This document shows positions 58,307 through 64,000 of a DNA stretch of 64,000 nt, piece after piece. Made by a program: the position numbers and the translations under genes. Numbering within the stretch: the stretch's first letter is position 1; each line of letters begins with the position of its first letter. The stretch is from Candidatus Latescibacterota bacterium (GTDB taxonomy: Bacteria > Latescibacterota > UBA2968 > UBA8231), in NCBI GenBank assembly GCA_965203175.1, contig OZ241867.1, positions 1,024,001-1,088,000 on the forward strand. The letters run 5' to 3'. The notes under the pieces are model-generated. The model was not told where the DNA came from. It worked only from the letters and a program-made list of their open reading frames with translations, and did not search any database.

Positions 58307-60124
58307 ATGTTCGCTATACTCGCCAAGCTTCGCCGATCCGCTCTCTGCGCCTTTCTACTCCAATCTAGCTTTGGTGCCGTAAATGCCGACCGAGTCTTCG
58401 GCACAGACGCGGCAATCGTCGCCAACACCCCGGTACTCAGGATCTGCGAAATCCAAGGGGCTGGCCACACCTCGCCGCACAAGGACGAGCAGGTCTCGAC
58501 GCGGGGCATTGTAACGGCTGTGGCTCGCAATGGCTTCTATTTTCAAGACCCAACCGGAGACGGCGATGAACGCACATCCGACGGGATGTTCGTCTATACC
58601 AAAAAGGCCCCGAGAGTCTCCGCTGGCGACGAGGTACAGGTGACCGGCACCGTGATCGAATACATTCCCGGCGGCGCGGCCACCAACAATCTGTCGACAA
58701 CCGTGTTCTCCCAGCCCAACCGCATTCAGACCGTGTCAACCGGCAACCCCACACCAGCTCCAGTGGTCCTTGGCGCGGCCGGCCGCCAGCCGCCGACAAG
58801 GGTCATCGACGATGACCACTTCGCAGTTTTCGACCCGGCCGAGGACGGCATTGACTTTTACGAGTCGCTAGAAGGAATGCTGGTGGAGGTGCCAGACGCG
58901 GTCGCCATTAGTCCGACCAACCGCTTTGGCGAAATTGTCGTCCTCGCCGATGCTGGGGCCGGGCAGCGGCTCAATTCGCGGGGCGGGTTGAATCTAACGC
59001 CGCATACCCTGCATCCGCAGCGCATCCAGATCGACGACAGCCTGCTATCCGGCGACATGCCGGCCGCGCAGGTCGGCGATGCCCTCGGCAATGTTCGCGG
59101 CCCAGTTAGCTACCGCTTTGGCAACTTTGAGGTGCTAGTTTTGACCGAGCCGGTGGTCGAGAGCGCCGGCTTGGAGCCGGAAACGACCGCCCTCGTCGGC
59201 ACGGGCCAGCATCTGACGGTGGGCAGTTTCAACGTGTTCAACCTCGACCCCAATGACGACGACAAAAGTGCTGACCTAGCGGACGGTCAATTCGCGGCCA
59301 TTGCCGACCAAATCGTCCATCGCCTAGGCGCACCAGATGTGCTGGCTTTGCAGGAAATGCAGGACAACAGCGGCGCGGCCAACGACGGCACCACTTCAGC
59401 GGACCAAACGGCGCAAACGCTCATGGCCGCCATTGCTGCGGCCGGTGGCCCGAAGTATGCGTACGCGGACGTCGCGCCCCCAGATGGGGCCGACGGCGGC
59501 CAGCCGGGCGGCAATATCCGCGTTGCGTACCTCTACCAGCCCGCTCGGGTGGCCCTGATTGGTTCGGTAGAGCGCATTGAAGACGACGCCTTCCGCCACA
59601 GCCGCAAACCGCTCAAGGCCGCGTTCGATTTCAAGGGAACCAAGCTGACGGTGATCAACTGCCACTTCTCGTCCAAGTATGGCAGCCCACCCCTCTTCGG
59701 TCGAATCCAGCCGCCGACCAATGGCGGGCTCGCCCAGCGCCTCGCGCAGGCCGCGTTCATCCACGGCTTCGTCGCCGAGCTGCTAGCCGCCGATCCCAAC
59801 GCCAACATCGTCGTGCTCGGGGATTTAAACGAAAGCCCGTTTCCGCTCGCCCCAGTGCAACCACCGCCGGGCGACGTCCTGCAAACGCTCGCCGGCACGC
59901 CGCCGATCCTCTTCAATCTCAGCGACGCGGTGGATGGGGATTTGACCTATTCCTATAATTTTCAGGGCATTTCCCAGCAACTCGACTACCTGCTGGTCAG
60001 CTCGGCCCTGCTCGCGCTCCAGCCCGAGTTCGACCCTGTCCACGTCAACACCGAGTTCCCCAACCAAGCCAGCGACCACGACCCCATCCTCGCGCGGTTG
60101 CTGCTTTATGATCGCCCAGACTAG
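58307..60124 (+). CDS. Secreted endonuclease/exonuclease/phosphatase with an OB-fold (YhcR/ExeM-like)
   Basis: EIQG..H.SP, GFYFQD, YESLEGM, FNVFN, LQE, GDLN, LDY and SDHDP. Confidence 0.85.
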   Translation: MFAILAKLRRSALCAFLLQSSFGAVNADRVFGTDAAIVANTPVLRICEIQGAGHTSPHKDEQVSTRGIVTAVARNGFYFQDPTGDGDERTSDGMFVYTKKAPRVSAGDEVQVTGTVIEYIPGGAATNNLSTTVFSQPNRIQTVSTGNPTPAPVVLGAAGRQPPTRVIDDDHFAVFDPAEDGIDFYESLEGMLVEVPDAVAISPTNRFGEIVVLADAGAGQRLNSRGGLNLTPHTLHPQRIQIDDSLLSGDMPAAQVGDALGNVRGPVSYRFGNFEVLVLTEPVVESAGLEPETTALVGTGQHLTVGSFNVFNLDPNDDDKSADLADGQFAAIADQIVHRLGAPDVLALQEMQDNSGAANDGTTSADQTAQTLMAAIAAAGGPKYAYADVAPPDGADGGQPGGNIRVAYLYQPARVALIGSVERIEDDAFRHSRKPLKAAFDFKGTKLTVINCHFSSKYGSPPLFGRIQPPTNGGLAQRLAQAAFIHGFVAELLAADPNANIVVLGDLNESPFPLAPVQPPPGDVLQTLAGTPPILFNLSDAVDGDLTYSYNFQGISQQLDYLLVSSALLALQPEFDPVHVNTEFPNQASDHDPILARLLLYDRPD

Positions 60125-60492
60125 GAACCCCGCCTTCCACTCCTCCGCATATTGCCTGCCCCACGCTGGCCGCCTCGGGATGAGTAAAAACTACTGCGCT
60201 GCTGGTCAAAGCGGTCGCCGCCCTTGCCCGACCCGCGCCCGGTCTTATCCTTGCGCTCGTGCGCCTCGCTCAGATGCAGCTTCTGCCCCTCAAATTCCTT
60301 GTCGTTGAGATGGGCAATGGCCTCTTCGCCCTCGTGCCGAGTAGCCATCTCCACGTAGCCGAAGCCACGCGAGGCACCGCTCTTCTTGTCTCGGGCGATG
60401 GTGGCCGCCACAACTTTTCCGTACGGTTGAAAGAGCTGGACCAGCGCCTCCTTTTTGGTCGTCTTCGCCAAATTACCTACGTATATGTTCAC
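60121..60492 (-). CDS. RRM RNA-binding protein with a Gly/Arg-rich tail
   Basis: RNP2 IYVGNL and RNP1 RGFGYVEM. Confidence 0.92.
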   Translation of the reverse strand: MNIYVGNLAKTTKKEALVQLFQPYGKVVAATIARDKKSGASRGFGYVEMATRHEGEEAIAHLNDKEFEGQKLHLSEAHERKDKTGRGSGKGGDRFDQQRSSFYSSRGGQRGAGNMRRSGRRGS

Positions 60493-60686
60493 AGTGTACT
60501 CCTTTCGCTGGCGCGGATTGTTTTCTTTCGCGCGTCTTGTCGTTCATCCCTCCGATTTGGACGCCGGTAACGCTTGGATATCCTCATCGAGTCTCGCAAG
60601 TCGGTTGATTTTCCGCAAATCGGGCCACCCACACCATAACCACGTGATCGTAGAGCACCGCTCTCTAATGGCGTCGGTTTTCCCGG

Positions 60687-62087
60687 CTAGCGCTGCATCC
60701 GCGTCTTTCCGTACCAATCCATCATCCTCTCCACCATCTCTCCCCGCGCTCCCGCATGGGCCGGATCGTCGTACAGGTTGTACAGCTCGTCCGGGTCCTC
60801 TTCTAAATGATACAACTCCCCGTAGGGTTCCCCGGGGTAAAAAACCAATTTCCACGCCTCGGTTCGCGCCATGATGCGCGGGCCGTACTCGGAAAACACA
60901 GTCTCGTGCAATGCGACCTCTTCTCCGCGCAGCAGTGCCCCCAAAGAAAGTCCCGCCGCCCCAACCAACGGCCCCAATCCCGCCATTTCTAACAGGGTCG
61001 GGCCTAGGTCAATCAACTCGACTAACGGATCGCGCACCCCCAGCCGCTCGACTCCAGGGCCGGCAAAAACCAGCGGCACCCGCGCCACTGAGTCGTAGTG
61101 GGACGAGAACTTATAGACTTGGTGATGGTCGCCGAGGCAGTCGCCGTGATCCGAGGTAAACACAAAAACCGTGTTGTCCAGCTCGCCTCGCTCGTCCATG
61201 GCCGCGACCATTGCGCCGACCCAATCGTCAATGGCCGTGATGTTGGCGTAGTAGTGCCGACGCATGCGGCGAATGCGGTCTGGGGTCGCTCGGCTCCACC
61301 AGATCGCGGCGGGCGCGCGTTTGCCGTCCATGCCCTCCATGGCTTGGCGCTGTGGCGGCGGCTTGGTATCCAGTTCGTTGGGGATCCCCACGGGGTCGGG
61401 AATGTCCACGCCCTCGTAGCGCGCCAGCGCGGACGCGGGCGCGTCAAAGGGGTCGTGCGGGCCAGCGAAGCCGCTCCACAGGAAGAGCGGCACGGCAAAG
61501 TCGTGCGTGCGAATGGCCTCCACGCTCCAGCGCCCAACGCAGTTGTCGATAAACAAGTCTTCGTCGTGTGGCCACACGGCCGCGCCCAAGTAATCCGGCC
61601 AATTGGGCACGTCGCGGTAGTAAGTCAGCGCCGGTCGCCTAAGCCCGAACTGCATCAGGTACAAGTCGTAGTCGTCCGGGGCGGGGCCGTGATGGCCCTG
61701 CCGATAGTTCTTGTTTTCGACGACCGTGCGGTGGCGGAAACCGCACGGCAGGCGGATGGGCGCGGTGTGCATCTTGCCGATGTTGACCGTGTGGTAGCCG
61801 CCGTCCCTGAGCTGCTCAATCCAATTGGGCTGTTCGGGCGTCAGCCACGCCTCGTTGCGGTCAATGCCGTGGGTGTGGACGTATTGGCCCGAGACGATGC
61901 TGTTGCGCGACGGGCCGCAGACGGCTCCTTGCACAAAGGCGCGACTGAACGCCACGCCACGGGCGGCCAGCCGGTCAATGTGCGGGGTGATGACGTGATC
62001 GTAGCCCAAGCAGCCGAGCGTGTCCCAGCGCTGCTGGTCGGTGACGATCAGGACGATATTGGGCGCGCTATTCTCTGTCTTGCTCAT
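60687..62087 (-). CDS. Sulfatase (choline-sulfatase-like)
   Basis: PNIVLIVTDQQR, CGPSRNS, GKMH, PHDPF and FTSDHG. Confidence 0.92.
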   Translation of the reverse strand: MSKTENSAPNIVLIVTDQQRWDTLGCLGYDHVITPHIDRLAARGVAFSRAFVQGAVCGPSRNSIVSGQYVHTHGIDRNEAWLTPEQPNWIEQLRDGGYHTVNIGKMHTAPIRLPCGFRHRTVVENKNYRQGHHGPAPDDYDLYLMQFGLRRPALTYYRDVPNWPDYLGAAVWPHDEDLFIDNCVGRWSVEAIRTHDFAVPLFLWSGFAGPHDPFDAPASALARYEGVDIPDPVGIPNELDTKPPPQRQAMEGMDGKRAPAAIWWSRATPDRIRRMRRHYYANITAIDDWVGAMVAAMDERGELDNTVFVFTSDHGDCLGDHHQVYKFSSHYDSVARVPLVFAGPGVERLGVRDPLVELIDLGPTLLEMAGLGPLVGAAGLSLGALLRGEEVALHETVFSEYGPRIMARTEAWKLVFYPGEPYGELYHLEEDPDELYNLYDDPAHAGARGEMVERMMDWYGKTRMQR

Positions 62088-62889
62088 GCTTCTCGACGGC
62101 CTTTTCCAATTCGGGTAGCAGTACGTTTTTGACCCAACTAAAATCTGGATTGATTGCAAGCGCCTTTGCAAAGGCTGCTCGCGCCAGCGCTAGCTCGCCT
62201 CGATCTTGGTAAGCAAGGCCGAGCCAAGCGTAAGTGCGGCTGTGTCCCCATACAGGATGGATGGGATCGGTCGGCTCTTCTCGGGCGAAGAGTTCGGCGG
62301 CGCGCTGGAATCCTTGCAGGCCCTTCTCCTTGCTGCCACCAAACATTCCTGGGGTGTTAAAGTCGCGGATGGCCGTGCACAGCACGACGCGCGGATTGTC
62401 GGGTGCAAGTTGTACCGCTTTTTTCAGAGCCTTCTGTGCCCTGCGCCCCAAGGCCATGCCCTTGATCGGGTTGAGGCCGATCTGTCGTCCGTACGCGCTC
62501 GATAGCAGAGCATAGGCTTCGGCCGCTTGCGGGTCGATCTCAGTAGCCTTTTGCAAATGCTCGACAGTGGTTTTGAGGTGCTCGGAAGCCGCGCTTTTGT
62601 TTTCCTCGCCCGCGGCTAACAGGTAATCGGCGATGCGGTAATCGGCCAAGGCAATGTAGTAGTGGCCCCACGCGGCCAAGGCGGTGTCGGCCAAGGCGCG
62701 CTCAAACGCAGCCCTAGCCGCGAACATCGCGTCGAGGGAACCTCCGTTTTTACCGACTCGCAGCATCTGTTTGCCGCTGACGAGCAGGCTTTCGGCGGAG
62801 CTTCCCGTCGCCAGCATTGGCGACGCTTGTGCGAATGCAGGAGCGGCGAGCGAAAAGGCGAAAGCGAGCGCAGGCAAAAAGCGCGACAT
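62068..62889 (-). CDS. Secreted TPR protein
   Basis: Signal peptide, AEAYALLS, LAPDNPR, TPGMFGG and AWLGLAY. Confidence 0.8.
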   Translation of the reverse strand: MSRFLPALAFAFSLAAPAFAQASPMLATGSSAESLLVSGKQMLRVGKNGGSLDAMFAARAAFERALADTALAAWGHYYIALADYRIADYLLAAGEENKSAASEHLKTTVEHLQKATEIDPQAAEAYALLSSAYGRQIGLNPIKGMALGRRAQKALKKAVQLAPDNPRVVLCTAIRDFNTPGMFGGSKEKGLQGFQRAAELFAREEPTDPIHPVWGHSRTYAWLGLAYQDRGELALARAAFAKALAINPDFSWVKNVLLPELEKAVEKHEQDRE

Positions 62890-62999
62890 ACGTATCCTTC
62901 CGCCGACAGCACAGTCGGTGTTTTTAAGCAAAACTGCATGTCCCATCGGGACCACATCTCGCCGCCATCAATATTTGGAAAGTGATATCGAATTTCCCT

Positions 63000-64000
63000 T
63001 TATTCAAAGAACTGAAGTTCTCCATCCTTGACGACCATTATAATTTGGTCATACAGTGCATCTCCGTTAGGATCGAAAGAGAACGCGCCTGACTTGCCCA
63101 AAATTGTGGGAAAATCCGTCTGTGCGAGTGCGTCCCGAATGGCGGTCGGATGTGTCGATTGTGCTGTCTTAATTGCATTGGCGAGCACATAGAGGGTTGC
63201 ATACGACTGTGCCGCCCACGGTTCAGGTTCAATACCGTATTTCGCCCGATAGTTCCGAACGAAGGTTTGGTTTCCGGGGGCATCAGATATACTCGACCAT
63301 CCGATAAAACCTATTGTTCCTTCGGCACCATCACCCGCCTTTTCGACTTCATCCATGGTTAAATCCGGAGCAATAATCTGAATCGTGTAGGGGAAACCGA
63401 CCTCGGGTGTTTGGGCGAGAATCCCTGCTATTTCTTGTGAAAGCGCGGAGATAAAGAGTGCGTCCGGCACCATCGCCATTATATTGGTTAATTGCTGAGA
63501 AAAATCGGTATCGCCGGTGTGGAAGGTTTCCTCTATCAGAATCTCGACCCCGTTTGCCTCAAGCACTGTTCTTAGCATTTCGTTGCTACTTTTGGCGTAG
63601 ACATCAATCTCATCATATATCGTTGCCACTTTTTTATAGCCGAGTTTCTCCTGAGTCTCCATCACACCACTGGGAACGCTTATATTCACGGCGAGACTGG
63701 TGCGGAAGATAAAATCCCCGATCCCGCTCAAACCTGCAGCGGAGGAGACCGAACTGAAAGCTATGACCTTATTCTCCTGCGCAATTGGAGCAGCCTCTTT
63801 AAGATGCGTCGAGATAGCAAGCCCGACTATGGCAGAAACGCCTTGGTCTACCAAGTGCCGTACAGCTTCTTTCGCCCCGTCCACACTGCTCCGATCGTCC
63901 ACAGTGATAAACGTGAGATTTACATCGCCGCGGTTGTTAATTTCTTCTCGTGCCAATTCAAACCCCCGTTGCATAGGGAAACCATACGGTTCGGCATGTT
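63000..64000 (-). CDS. Branched-chain amino acid ABC substrate-binding protein, 5' end outside the window
   Basis: GFELAREEIN, DDRSS, FIFRT, DTDFSQQLT and FSFDPNGD. The frame stays open to the window edge. Confidence 0.88.
   Translation of the reverse strand, partial: HAEPYGFPMQRGFELAREEINNRGDVNLTFITVDDRSSVDGAKEAVRHLVDQGVSAIVGLAISTHLKEAAPIAQENKVIAFSSVSSAAGLSGIGDFIFRTSLAVNISVPSGVMETQEKLGYKKVATIYDEIDVYAKSSNEMLRTVLEANGVEILIEETFHTGDTDFSQQLTNIMAMVPDALFISALSQEIAGILAQTPEVGFPYTIQIIAPDLTMDEVEKAGDGAEGTIGFIGWSSISDAPGNQTFVRNYRAKYGIEPEPWAAQSYATLYVLANAIKTAQSTHPTAIRDALAQTDFPTILGKSGAFSFDPNGDALYDQIIMVVKDGELQFFE

Overview
GC-rich bacterial genomic window with no rRNA, tRNA, CRISPR array, integrase or transposase detected. 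Gene content suggests an FCB-group lineage such as Latescibacterota/Handelsmanbacteria, possibly a sponge symbiont (inference): two sulfatases, two mannonate dehydratases, PhyH dioxygenase, an FlgD-Ig secreted protein and (S/T)WGxLK C-terminal tails. Most of the window is carbohydrate or housekeeping metabolism. Two accessory systems stand out. (1) A minus-strand, compositionally mosaic operon at 3096-11151 looks like an undescribed RiPP/acyl-peptide pathway: HlyD adaptor, 117-aa candidate precursor, CPBP protease, peptidase-less ABC exporter, very AT-rich BtrH-like protein, S8 protease fused to a TIGR04066/DUF1611-like domain, a Ser-containing ACP and a glycosyltransferase remnant. No radical SAM enzyme is present. 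(2) A sigma54 module at 37493-54306: a TM-less beta-propeller/Y_Y_Y enhancer-binding protein, tandem upstream repeats, three -24/-12 promoters, a duplicated pair of secreted SxxS and CxxC TlpA-like proteins, a 58-aa stand-alone copy of the activator's own HTH that the ORF track misses, and two TPR proteins with swapped C-terminal enzymes. Also present are two structured non-coding elements (20611-20738 and 50992-51157), an orphan PaeR7I/XhoI-type methyltransferase and a VapBC module. All family assignments come from motif recognition by eye, not database searches.
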